This document shows, one piece after another, positions 48,039-64,000 of a stretch of DNA of 64,000 nucleotides (the stretch's first letter is position 1; every line of letters starts with the position of its first letter). A program made the position numbers and the translations under genes. Source of the DNA: Paraspadella gotoi (lineage: Eukaryota; Animalia; Chaetognatha); the NCBI GenBank assembly GCA_051294375.1, contig CM119266.1, positions 17,540,087 through 17,604,086 of the forward strand. Direction: 5' to 3'. A model generated the notes under the pieces. It was not told the origin of the DNA, did no database searches, and was given only the letters and a program-made list of their open reading frames with translations.

Positions 48039-50867
48039 ATGAATTATCAAGTTATGATCTCGATCTTCACGTGTGTTATATATTTTTTGGACACAATGAC
48101 AGATGTAGGAACGGCGATAAAATACATCAGGAAAAATAGTTATTTGCTGCAAAGAATTGGATTTACTGTTGGTTTCTTTGTGTTCTTTCATTGCCTAACT
48201 TCCGCAATTTATGGCCTTTACCTATTGTCCAAACAAAGAGGTCACTATGATCGACTCTTTTACAAAAATTGGGTTCGCACATTAACAGTTGTATCATTTA
48301 TTTTTGGTATGGGTTCAATTCCTGTTTCTATTGATTTTTATTTAAATCAAAATATTAAAAATAAAAATGTACTGGATGCCAAAGAAAGATTTACTCTGTT
48401 TCTGAATATGATCTGTTTGACCAAAGGATTTCCCCAACTTGTTGTACAATCCGTTGGATTGGCTCTTACTCTCACTGGAGCAAACAGCAAAGCATATTGT
48501 TTTCCCATAAATATTTTGAAATCAAGGTATTACCAGAGATACCCTCCAGATTGTTCTCAAAACTTTGTAACTAATATATATAGATACCAAATATGGAATC
48601 AAACAAGTAACCTTTATGAAATAAAGACAGATTTTATTAAAAGAACAAATGAAACCTGTACTTGCAGACCAATTAAATCCAACATAGGACATATGGAATA
48701 TATGTGTCAATGGAGCATCAAAGATAATGTTTTTATGTTATTTTCTTTGGCCATGTCTTTGATAAGCATCACAAAAGGTGCATCAGGCTTTCGAAAATTT
48801 ATATTTAAAGCAAAAGAACGGTATAATTGTTCTAAAAGTTTACAAAAATTATGGGAAATATCTGTGATGATTCAGGGTTTTTTTGGAGCTTCAGTATGTT
48901 TATATCTTATTTTAACTTTCATGGTAAAAGTGAATTTATGGTTTGGAATTTTGACTGTCCTGACTCCATTGCGAGTGATTACGCCTGAAGAAATAAAATT
49001 ATTATTTCAATCGATGTTACTCCATAACAGAGCCAACTATAAAAAAGTCATTATTACGCACAAACCAAACATGGCACAAATAATTTTTATCCCCCTCTCA
49101 AGTTTGTTTCTACTTTCTTTATTCAATGAAATTGAATATAGTATAGTAGTTTCGGAACTCAGTAGTGAGCCAATTTTATTTTCTAATTATCCTTCAAAAA
49201 TATCTCTATGGAGTTTGGCAAATTTAAAAAATGAAAACACAGATCGCCTTTTATTTTATCATAATATATGGAGATTCAATGTTGAGCACAAAAAAACTGT
49301 ATTAAAAATGTTAGAACAAAATTCCTGTGAAAAATCGTTTTACTTGTACATGAATTCAACTGCTTGGAAAATATACAATAAAGAAACTACCACTGATTGC
49401 CTTATCTTCCAAGGCGCAAGTGATGGCAGCAAAAGTAAGTGGAAGCCAAATCTTTTTTTCAAACATAAAGAAGGAGATGAAAAAAATTGCAAATCTCCAC
49501 AACGTAAGAGACTTCGCCACCTCGACCAAAAAGTCAATACGTTTCCTAATTTAGTTCTGAGATTGGGAAATTATAAGCTTATAACTATGAAATACACAAC
49601 TGTTTTGCTCATAACATTTTTTGATTTTGGCACAAGTTTCATTTCTAATTTTCTGCACCTCTTGATAGAAAATAAATTTTTTTACTACCATAAATATCTA
49701 TTGGCTATTTTTAGCTTTACTTCCTTAATTTTAATAAATTTTTTTTTAACATACAAATTTGACCTAAAAATCTATCAAAACTCAAGGTACCTGCACAATA
49801 TCATGAAAAAACACGAAATATTTATAATGGACTTTTCAGAAACAAGCAAAATCATGAACAGCCTTCCTTCAAAAGAACCATACGACCATACAACCATGAG
49901 GGCAATATACCAAAAAAGGAACTACAAATTTTTAGATTTATGGCTAGAAGCAATAGAAAAATTTAAAATTAATAAGTTGTATTTATTACAAGAGCAAATA
50001 CACACTTGCAATAGATCATTATCTTACTTTTTATTCATTATTTTGGGTATATTTATATTTTCAGGATTTAAAAAACTGGATGTAAAAAAAATAAAAAGAA
50101 ATAAAGCATTAATATACATGGGCATCATTTTTTTTTCATTAATTTCACTAATTATAATATTTCATAGTCCAAAAATGATAAAAGCAAAATTTGTTAGTAT
50201 GAACAAAACCCTTTGCTCGTCAAATTTTTATATAAATGAAAATTATAAAGTATGGCTAATATCTTGGATTTATATAAAAAATAATAGCCTGTTTTTATAT
50301 TTTTTAGTGTCGCTTCCAATCTTATTTTTGATAAATAAAGCAATATCTTTAGAAGTTTTTAATATACACTTTAGGTTAAAACCGGCTGCGTTGCTCATAA
50401 TTTATTTCATATGTTACATTAATTTTCCAAAGCACTCTAAGCATAATGAAAAAATCGACGTAAAAGAATTAGAAGAATACAATGAATTGGAAGAAATAGA
50501 AAAAATAAATGAATCAGAAGAAAAACACAGAAAACTTGCTTTTATAAACCAAGCAAGTGCTGCTGATTATGATGATATGCATCATAGGTCAGTGGAAATG
50601 ATTATTTTGCAAGAATTTTCAATGATTGAATTCATTTGTAAACAATACAGTAAAGAAAAAAAATTTCAAAAACGGGTGAAATTTTTGTTTGAATTTGCTA
50701 AGAATATTATGGATAGAAGTCAATTTTTAAATTACTATCTTCATAATTATGTAAGGACAAGGTTCGACTTGCTAGAACGTTTTATTGATAAAAAGAATTC
50801 AAATAGTCTATATTTTTTTTCTTTTTTCCTCGTGGCTTTTCCTGCACTGATTATTATCTTAGAATAA
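48039..50867 (+). CDS. Intronless multipass membrane protein with XK-related motifs, paralog B, 942 aa
   Basis: Uninterrupted ORF whose ATG at 48039 aligns with the paralog A start. Motifs FLDTMTDV, TKGFPQLVVQ and FSLAMSLISITKG. Many hydrophobic helices and Cys/NxS-T-rich loops; both paralogs end in PALIIILE*. Confidence 0.8.
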   Translation: MNYQVMISIFTCVIYFLDTMTDVGTAIKYIRKNSYLLQRIGFTVGFFVFFHCLTSAIYGLYLLSKQRGHYDRLFYKNWVRTLTVVSFIFGMGSIPVSIDFYLNQNIKNKNVLDAKERFTLFLNMICLTKGFPQLVVQSVGLALTLTGANSKAYCFPINILKSRYYQRYPPDCSQNFVTNIYRYQIWNQTSNLYEIKTDFIKRTNETCTCRPIKSNIGHMEYMCQWSIKDNVFMLFSLAMSLISITKGASGFRKFIFKAKERYNCSKSLQKLWEISVMIQGFFGASVCLYLILTFMVKVNLWFGILTVLTPLRVITPEEIKLLFQSMLLHNRANYKKVIITHKPNMAQIIFIPLSSLFLLSLFNEIEYSIVVSELSSEPILFSNYPSKISLWSLANLKNENTDRLLFYHNIWRFNVEHKKTVLKMLEQNSCEKSFYLYMNSTAWKIYNKETTTDCLIFQGASDGSKSKWKPNLFFKHKEGDEKNCKSPQRKRLRHLDQKVNTFPNLVLRLGNYKLITMKYTTVLLITFFDFGTSFISNFLHLLIENKFFYYHKYLLAIFSFTSLILINFFLTYKFDLKIYQNSRYLHNIMKKHEIFIMDFSETSKIMNSLPSKEPYDHTTMRAIYQKRNYKFLDLWLEAIEKFKINKLYLLQEQIHTCNRSLSYFLFIILGIFIFSGFKKLDVKKIKRNKALIYMGIIFFSLISLIIIFHSPKMIKAKFVSMNKTLCSSNFYINENYKVWLISWIYIKNNSLFLYFLVSLPILFLINKAISLEVFNIHFRLKPAALLIIYFICYINFPKHSKHNEKIDVKELEEYNELEEIEKINESEEKHRKLAFINQASAADYDDMHHRSVEMIILQEFSMIEFICKQYSKEKKFQKRVKFLFEFAKNIMDRSQFLNYYLHNYVRTRFDLLERFIDKKNSNSLYFFSFFLVAFPALIIILE

Positions 50868-51074
50868 AAGGATTTTACAATTTCTTTTCTTTAAATATAT
50901 GATAATCGTAAGCTGTTTTCTGTAATTTATATTGTTTATACTTAAATATATTTTAACAGTGTAAAATAACTGAAAAAAACACTAACAAAAAAGTAAGATG
51001 ATGTTATGATTGAAAATCATGGAAATACATTTAATCAAAAATTCGATCCTTTCATGACAAAGTCTATCCTCCAA

Positions 51075-51265
51075 TAAGCAATTAGTCAGTCCATCTTTTA
51101 ATCACTAAATCCACCTTTCGATCACCAAATCCATCTACTAATCATCAAATCCGTTCTCTCATCACTAAATCCATTCCCTAATCACCGAAATCAATTCCAA
51201 AATCACATAATTTCTCCTCCAATCGCAAATTCATCCTACAATCACCAAATACATCCATTCAATTA
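51075..51265. repeat. Degenerate 20-bp tandem repeat (AATCACTAAATCCATCTTTT-like)
   Basis: atcac[ct]aaatcc recurs every 20 bp, about 9 copies. Confidence 0.75.
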
Positions 51266-52726
51266 CTTGGCTTTTTGATTTCCTCACGAATCTCGAATGA
51301 AAATATTTGAATCCGTTTCGGAGAAAGAAACAAAGTCGCAGCTCTTTTTATTTGATATAGTTTTAGAATTTTCTTAGTTGTTGTTTTTTCATTCACTTTT
51401 TTCCATTCAATTTTATTTATTTTTTTTTTTTTTTTTTTTTTTGAAAGGTAGTTTTTTGAAAAGTGGCAGTGAAGAGATCGATAGTCGTAAAGTTGGATTT
51501 GAAGAAATTATAGAGTGTCGCGATATTCCATTTTCTTTTTTTTTCAAAATTGATATTTCCAACTATTCGAATCAATTGACATTTAATGTTCAAGAATAAA
51601 ACAACTAAAAATATAAAAAGAATAATAATCATATAATTGCGATTTCTAATTTTTCAATGCATCAAAAAATCAAGAGACATCTAATGTTTCGTATTATCTC
51701 AAGGCAACGCAAGAAATGGATGAATCTGATCTGATAAAACAAGAATGAAATTAATGGCAAGATTCACCCTTTTTTCCTTTCACGCAAATTATGATATTTG
51801 CTACTTTTGTCTTTTTTTAATTTTGTTCACTTATGTAAAACTTTGTGTTGTTATCGATAAGCTTTTATAACTTTAAATATTTAAAGTTTTTCACAGTACA
51901 TCAAGAACCAAAATATTTTAACTTATGGACTTATTCAACCTTTGCGTGTTAAAAATCTCTTATGCACTATGTACATAATTAAAATTTGAAAAAAATAATG
52001 CTTGGCGAGTAATCTCGAAACAATTCTATGAGACACTTTTTACTTGTTACTTGGTTATTTAAGTCAATAAGTGAATAGGAAATGCGTCAATGAAAGAAAA
52101 TTATTGCGTCAACTCATTGAACTCTCCGTTTATTGTTTACACGATACCTTTTATTTATTACATACTTTTATCATTATGAAAATATTTTTTGTTATAAATG
52201 AAGGAAGAGAATAATAAAGCAAGAAAGCAAATTAGAAAAGTTACAACTGTAAAGATAGAAAAATAAAAAAAAACAGAGATTGATAAATTGGCAGCAAAGA
52301 CCTATTTTTGGAGGAAAAATTATTTTTCGTCAAGTATCAGACAAAATTTAATAAACTGGTAAAGCTTTGCTCATCGAAAAGAAAGTAAACATCACATAAA
52401 TTAATAGTCATTTCAATCACTTTAAAGTTTCAAGTTTTTTTGGTTTGGCAGGAATTCATCCAAGCTTTGATCGATCACAGAAAAGTTGTCGCTCGCAAAA
52501 GGTTCCAAGCTTCGTTAAAGATAATGCACGAGGGAATAATCACAATAGTGATTGGTTTGATTTTTTGGAGTTGATTCGGTTTTGAAGTCATTTTCTTCAT
52601 TGAATTTATTGTGATTTTTGTGGCAGCAGTTGTTTCTCTTTTTCCTTTTTGATCTTTTTGGTTCCGATTTTTTTAAGAATTCGTCATCAATTAGTAAAAA
52701 AAACAATAATTTAGTGAGTAGAGATT

Positions 52727-57097
<4,371 letters not shown>

Positions 57098-57229
57098 CGT
57101 GGTGGCGTTGTTGTTGTTGTTGTTGTTGTTATGTTTTAATCGCAAATGTTTCTTGCCACAGTTCAAGCGTCTGGGTTTTTGATTCAGGCGTCGCCAGTTG
57201 ATGCAGGATTTAGAATTAATCATCCACTG

Positions 57230-57570
57230 TTAATTCAAGATGTAGATTTAGGTGTCGACAGTCTAATTAGGATTTGGAATTAAGCGCTGACAATTCATTC
57301 AATATTTGGATTTATGCGTCGATAGTGGATTCAGGATTTAGATTTGGGCGATGATAGTGGATTCAGGATTTAGATTTGGGCGCCGATAGTGGATTCAGGT
57401 TTTAGATTTTGGCGTCGATGGTGGATTCAGAATTTAGATTTGGGTGTCGATAGTGGATTCAGGATTTAGATTTGGGCGACAATAGTGGATTAAGGATTTA
57501 GATTTGGGCGTCGATAGTGGATTCAGAATTTAGATTTGGGCGTCGATAGTGGATTCAGGATTAAGATTTA
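57230..57570. repeat. 32-bp minisatellite (GATAGTGGATTCAGGATTTAGATTTGGGCGTC) upstream of the phosphatase start
   Basis: Units at 57321, 57353, 57385 and onward, about 8 good copies plus degenerate ones; no spacers. Confidence 0.92.
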
Positions 57571-59645
57571 TATTCAGTTTCAAGCATGGAACGATTTTGT
57601 TTCTTGATGATGTAAAAGAATCTTCCATCGTCGGCGCCACAGAATTCTCTTTTCGTTTATCTTTATTTTCTCTCTCCCGCCATTTTATGTCCGCGACGAT
57701 TTCGCTCGCTCCATTTTTTGATATTTTTTCGTCCTCAGTTTTTTTTTCCTTTTTTTTTTTTTATTCGCTTTGCTCTTTTTTTTTATGGTTTCTGTTTTCG
57801 TTTCCTCTTTATCTTTATCGTTTCTCTTTTTCAAAGTCGCGAGGTCTTTTTTGTGCTTTTGCGTTTGGATTTCCAATCGGCGTTCCGAGGAGAAGATCTA
57901 ATAAAACAGAGATCAATAAGTCCATTAACATTTTAGATTTAAAAGCAATTTGTAAAATAAACTAAAAAATATAGTAATAAGTGATGAGAGTTGAAGAGAA
58001 TTAATATATTCAACTTTCCAAAAAGAAAGAAAATGAGTGAAAAAAATTGGTATGAGATGAATGATGAAGACATAAAAATAAAATAAAAAAAATTAAAAAA
58101 AAATTAGGAAGTAAATTAGGAGCGAAAAGAGAAAACAAGGTTGAAAGGGAAAACGAATGAGCAGAAATGGAGAAAAAAAAGGAGAAAAAGGGAGGAGCAA
58201 AAAAGAGGAGCAAAAAAGGAGGAGCAAAGTTGGAAAAGTCACAAAAATTAATGAATCAACTGAGTTTTTTCCATTAAAAACGAAGACTCGAAGTTTGAAA
58301 GTTGAAGAGAGGAGAAAATTTCTAGTGTTGGAAAAGACTCCACTCTCAAGATATGTTTATACTATCATGAAATGTCTTCACTCTTAAAATTTGCCGCCAC
58401 AAAAAGAAATGTCTCCGTTCTCAAACAATGTTTCTACTATGAAGAAATATCTCATCTCTCAAGAAACGTCTTCACTTTAAAGAAAATGTCTTCACTAAAA
58501 AAAAAAATGATTTCAAAAAACGTCTCCGCTCTTAACAAATGTTTTCACTCTCTAAGAACATCGCAAAAAACGCTTTGTCACTTGATTTTACTTTTAAATT
58601 TTTATGTTTTAATTGTTTATTTCTTTTAGACATTTGTTTGCTTGTTATCAAAAACGTTTCCATCCCGAAAATTGGCAGAATATACTTTATAAAAAAAAAG
58701 AAAGTAAAGGTTTTGTAGGTAACCTTGGTTTGATTTTCTTAGACCCTCAGGTGTTTGGAATCTTCCCAAAGGTTTAACGGTTAATCAAACCCTCATTAAT
58801 CTTGGTTATCACCAAATTCCGCCTGAGGGTTTTTAAGGCGAAGAGAAAGAGAGATGGGAGGAAAGAAAGAGAGAAAGATAGGGAGGGAGAAAGAAAGAGA
58901 GAGAGATTATATAAAGAAAAAGAAACAAAGACAAAAAGAAGGAAAAAAATGTAGGAAGGGAAAAAGAAAGACAGAAAGTTTGAGAAGAAATAGTGAAAGA
59001 AATATGGAAAGAAAAAAGAAAAGAAAAGTGGGCAGTCAGAAAGAAAGACTAAGTACAAAAGAGAAAACGAAAAAAAGGGAAAAAATGAAAAGAAAGAAGG
59101 AAAAAAAGAGAGAAAGAAAGAAACGGAGGGATAAAGAAAGACGAGAAGAAGAAAGAGAGAAGGAAAGATAGAAAGAAAGGAGGATAAATAAAGGGAGAAA
59201 GAAAGCCAGTGAACATGAAAGAAATAAATATGAAAAGAAAGATAGGGAGGAAAAAAGAAAGAAAGGAAAGATGAGAGGAAGAAAAGACAAAATACGAGGG
59301 CAAATGCATATAAAGAGAGATAACCGCATGGGTAAATGGAGAGCGAGAGTGTCCAAAGGGAGTTTTTTTTTTCTCTCTCTCCCTCTCTTTCTTTTTCTCT
59401 TTCTCTTTCTATCGTTTCTAAGGGAAAGTTCATTTTTTAGCATCCTCCCAATGTGCAAAGATATAAAAACAATAACATCCTGGGAGGGACGGTGATATCT
59501 CCGTATATAATAGAGTTATACTAGGTCAGAAGGGGTGTGTCTAAGGGGGGCTGTAAATGACCGCGCCCCACAGAAACGATGAAAAAAAGAGGCAATTATC
59601 AACCGTAAACCTTTCAATGGATTTTTGAAATATTGCGACCTCCGC

Positions 59646-59685
<40 letters not shown>

Positions 59686-60251
59686 AGAAGAGAAGAGGAG
59701 AGAGAGAGAGAAAAAAAAAAAATTAGCGGAAAAGTGGAGGGGATTATCTAAATTATTAAGCAATTTGTTTTTTTTTAATTGTTTTATCATCCCTGTATTG
59801 GAGTAAAAATAAAAGTGAATTAATTTTGTTTTATTCCTTTTTTATTTGTATTTGTTGTTTTTGTTTCTTGTTTTGTCCGACAGAGTTGTTATCTGTAATC
59901 CAACGAGAAATTCAGGAAAATCCGATTTGAATGACGAAATTTACAGCGAAGTCGGGATATTGCAAATTCTGAGTAATCGAAGAAAAATCGGTGACGTTTG
60001 GTGTAAATTTAGTGAGAATTCGGAAAACGTTTGTTTCCGTTTCTCTGTCTGTCTTCCTAGGAATTATTAAGGTTTTATTTTCTTATCTTAAATTATATAA
60101 GTTTGCAAAAAAATAGTTTGCATAAAATAGAAACAGTACAAACAACTAGGAAAATAACAATTGCAGTTTATAATTTACCAAGTTATAAATAGGTTAACAA
60201 TCTGTGTATAAAAAATTTTCAAAATATTATTTCTGTAGAGAGATAACTTAA

Positions 60252-61128
60252 GGGGACCAAGTGAACAGGGGGGGTAAAAAGCTGAAAAACATAACGTTTG
60301 ACCCTTTAACTTAAGCTGGTTCTGATCATATAATTTTTTCTTCTATAATCATTTGGGAAAGTAGTTAAAAATTCGATAAAATCAGCGAGCTTAATTTTCT
60401 TTAAAAAATCGGTAAGAAGAAATCTTTTTCAAGTTTAAAATTTTTTTTCCAAAAAAGGGTAAGATCTAATTTAATGATTTTAAGACTTTTATATATCAGA
60501 TTTCGTTTATCAAAAAATTTATAAGAAAAAAACTAGGAATGAATCAAAATTTAAGGTATCGACTGATTTTATTTAAACTTTCTTTCAAATGATTCTGTTA
60601 ATTGGATGAAAAAAAACTCTTTAAAGTAATATAAATATAAAAAGAAAAGAAAGATTCTGTACTTTGACTAAATTTTTGATTGTTATAATTAGGAATCATA
60701 TAGTTAAATTATACATTTAAGGATGAATATGAATATTAATAAATAATTATTACAGTTTTGTTTCTGTAAGAATAGAATTTAGGTTTTGATTTGTCTGCTT
60801 TTAAGTAAATATAAAATATTAGTCTTGTAAAGCCTTTGTTCAATGAGGCTTAACCTAAAATTATAGCTTTGTACAGTAAAAAAGTAAAAAATTGGAAATT
60901 TAGTAAAAAACTTCTAATGCAAAAATAAAATAATGATTATATAATATTTAGGTAGGTCAACTAAATTTTTTTTTTCATAATTATTAAATTTTTGTTTCCG
61001 CTACAATAAGAGATAGAAATTTTTTGCCACTTTCCCGTGCAAAGAAAAAATTATGACTATCACTATTCAAATTCCTTTGAATGATAGACCCTTAAGCTTA
61101 ATGATATCATTTTTATCACTGGGTCCCC
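60252..61128. mobile_element. 877-bp non-autonomous DNA transposon with TTAA target duplication (Kolobok-like termini)
   Basis: TTAA|GGGGACCAAGTGA ... TCACTGGGTCCCC|TTAA, a 12/13 TIR match. Purine-start termini with a TTAA TSD fit Kolobok rather than piggyBac (CCC...GGG). No ORF. Confidence 0.75.
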
Positions 61129-61652
61129 TTAAGACTTAACTTAAGTTTAGTTAGTTTTGAATTAGTTTTGAATTCATCTTACTTTGAGAGCTGTATTCAA
61201 TCTTAGTACTACTTCTTACCCTCCTTATCTTTTAACCCTTTTTTTATTTCGAAACATTAAAATTAATAAAGAGATCAAAATTTTTACCAGTCACGGGTTT
61301 TTCGGTTAAACTCTATTTGTGAAACCTTAAAAGAGATAATTTTGTTAACGAACTATTGACCCAAAAAAATCTCGCTTAACCTGGTTACAATAAATGAGTT
61401 TTTTGTACTTGAAAATGTTTGTTTTAAATGTATTTCAAACGTTTACTAAGTTTTAGTTTTTAGTTTTTTCTTCCACTCTTTCGTTTTTCTGACTCACGAA
61501 CCAACGATTTTTTTTTTCGCCTTCAAGAAAATATATTAATTAATTAAACTTAAAAAAAGTAACTTTTTTCTTAATTCAGCGTAAAAAAAAAGAAAAATTT
61601 AATTTAGCGAATCCAAGCGAATTAAACGCGTAAATGTTGTAATTGAGGACGA

Positions 61653-61689
<37 letters not shown>

Positions 61690-61692
<3 letters not shown>

Positions 61693-64000
61693 GATTCAGG
61701 ATTTAGATTTGGGCGCCGATAGTGGATCAGGTTTTAGATTTTGGTCGATGGTGGATTCAGAATTTAGATTTGGGTGTCGATAATGTGATTTCAGGATTTA
61801 GATTTGGGCGACAATAGTGGATTAAGATTTAGATTTGGGCGTCATATGGATTCAGAATTTAGATTGGGCGTCGATAGTGGATTCAGGATAAGATGTATAT
61901 TCAGTTCAAGCATGGAACGATTTTTTTCTTGATGATGTAAAGAATCTTCCATGTCGGCGCACAAAATTCTCTTTTCGTTTATCTTTATTTTCTCTCTCCC
62001 GCCATTTTATGTCCGCGACCGATTTCGCTCGCTCATTTTTTGATATTTTTCGTCCTCAGTTTTTTTTTCCTTTTTTTTTTTATTCGCTTTGCTCTTTTTT
62101 TTATGGTTTCTGTTTTCGTTTCCTTTATCTTAATCGTTCGTCTTTTTCAAAGTCGCGAGGTCTTTTTTGTGCTTTTTGCGTTTGGATTCCAATCGGCGTT
62201 CCGAGGAGAAAATCTAATAAACAGAGATCAATAAGTCCATTAACATTTTAGATTTAAAAGCAATTTGTAAAATAAACTAAAAAAATAAGTAATAAGTGAT
62301 GAGAGTTAAGAGAAATTAATATATTTCAACTTTCCAAAAAAAAGAAAATGAGTGAAAAAATTGTATGAGATGAATGATGAAGACATAAAATAAATAAAAA
62401 AATTAAAAAAAATTAGGAAGTAATTAGAGCGAAAGAGCAGAAAACAAAGTGTGAAAGGGAAAAACGATGAAGCAGGAAATTGAGAGAAAAAAGGAGAAAA
62501 AGGGAGAGCAAAAAAAGGAGCAAAAAGGAGAAGCAAAGTGAAAAGTCACAAAAATTAATGAATCACTGAGTTTTTTCCATTAAAAACGAAGACCTTCGAA
62601 GTTTGAAGTTTGAAGAGAGGAGAAATTCTAGTGTTGGAAAAAGACTTCCACTCTCAAATATGTTATATTCATGAAATGTTCTTCACTTCTAAAATTGCCG
62701 CCACAAAAGAATGCTCGTTCTCCAAACAATGTTCCTATATGAAAAATATTCTGCATCTCTTCAAGAAACGCTTCACTTTAAAAAAAATGTCTTCACTAAA
62801 AAAAAAAATATTTTCAAAAACGGTCTCCGCTCTTAAAAATGTTTTCACTCTCTTAAGACATCGGCAAAAAACGCTTTGTCACTTATTTTACTTTTAAATT
62901 TTTATGTTTTAATTGTTTATTCTGTTAGACATTTGTTTGCTTGTTATCAAAACGTTCCACCCGGGAAATGCAGAATATACTTTATAAAAAAAAAGAATTA
63001 AAGGTTTTGTAGGTAAACCATTGGTTTGATTTTCTTAGACCCTCAGGTGTTTGGAATCTTCCAAGTGTTTAACGGTTAATCAAACCCTCATTAATTGGTT
63101 ATCCACAATCTCCGCCTGAGGGTTTTTAAGGCGAAGAAAAGATAAGTGGGATGAGAAAGAAAAGAGAAAGATTAGGGAGGGAGAAAGAAAGAGAGGGAGA
63201 TTATAAAAGAAAAAAACAAAGACAAAAGAAGGAAAAATGTAGGAAGGGAAAAAGAAAGACAGAAAGTTGAGAAGAAATAGTGTGAAAGAATATGGAAAGA
63301 AAAAAAGAAAAAAAAGTGGCAGTCAGAAAATAAAGACTAATACAAAAGAGAAAAACGAAAAAAAAGGAAAATGAAAAGAAAAGAAGAAAAAAGAGAAAAG
63401 AAATAAACGGAGATAAAGAAAGACAGAAGAAGAAAAGAGAGAAGGAAGCGATAGAAAGATGGGGAAAAGGAGATAAATAAAGGAGAGAAAGAAAGCCAGT
63501 GAAACATGAAAAGAAATAAATATGAAAAAGAAAGTATAGGGAGAAAAAGAAAGAAAGGAAAGATGAGAGGAAGAAAAGACAAAATACGAGGGCAATGCAT
63601 ATAAAGAGAGATAAACCGCAGGGTAAATGGAGAGCAGAGAGTGTCCAAAGATTTTTTTTCTTCTCTCTCCCTCTCTTTCTTTTTCTCTTTCCTCTATCGT
63701 TTCTAAGGGAAAGTTTCATTTTTAGCATCCTCCAATGTGCAAAGATATAAAAACAATTAACATCCTGGAGGGACGGTGATATCCCGTATATTAATAGAGT
63801 TATACTAGGCAGAAGGGGTGGTTAAGGGGGGCTGTAAATGACCGCGCCCCACAGAACGATGAAAAGAAGGGCAATTATCAACCCGTTAAACCTTTTCAAT
63901 GATTTTTGAGAATATATGCGACCTCCCGCCGGGAGGAGAGAGAGAGAGAGAGAGAGAGAAGAAGAGAGAGAGAGAGAAGAGAAGAAGAGAGAGAGAGAGA
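61690..64000 (+). repeat. Indel-rich direct copy of 57357-~59710 (probable unpolished long-read sequence)
   Basis: Collinear for ~2.3 kb, starting right after a (CT)n tract; differences are mainly 1-nt indels. Confidence 0.88.

Noticed and set aside
57230-57570. 32-bp periodic array as a CRISPR array
   Set aside because: Units are directly adjacent with no unique spacers, there are no cas genes and the context is eukaryotic; it is a minisatellite. The same applies to 54635-54888.
58774-59433. 219-aa Phe/Ser/Leu-rich membrane-protein ORF
   Set aside because: Translation of a purine-rich low-complexity tract; the frame is not preserved in the duplicate copy.
61690-64000. Biological tandem duplication
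   Set aside because: Indel-dominated divergence starting at a microsatellite is better explained by unpolished read sequence; it cannot be fully excluded without reads.

Overview
Eukaryotic (most likely invertebrate animal) genomic DNA: AT-rich, dense in microsatellites, with short GT-AG introns. Most ORF-track entries are microsatellite noise, so genes were rebuilt by hand from splice sites. Genes in order: 3' end of an ALYREF-like mRNA export adaptor with two C-terminal UAP56-binding motifs (+); a 17-exon ENO4 (-); an 11-exon type I membrane protein of no family I recognise, with three CGCPW Cys domains, a His/Trp/Pro heptad array and a dileucine tail (+); a ~1700-aa low-complexity protein (-) with a nested antisense 4-exon secreted, prepropeptide-like gene (+) in one intron; two tandem intronless ~930-aa XK-related-like multipass genes (+); and an 11-exon membrane-anchored histidine acid phosphatase (-). 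Non-coding features include a ~250-nt, almost fully base-paired RNA-like island in an ENO4 intron, Helentron/DINE-1-like elements, MITEs (one with TTAA target duplications) and tandem repeats anchored on splice sites. The inverted duplicate at 32991-38876 and the direct duplicate at 61690-64000 are indel-rich and look like raw long-read gap fill. Several frameshifts in the window are therefore probably assembly errors. No database searches or folding programs were run.
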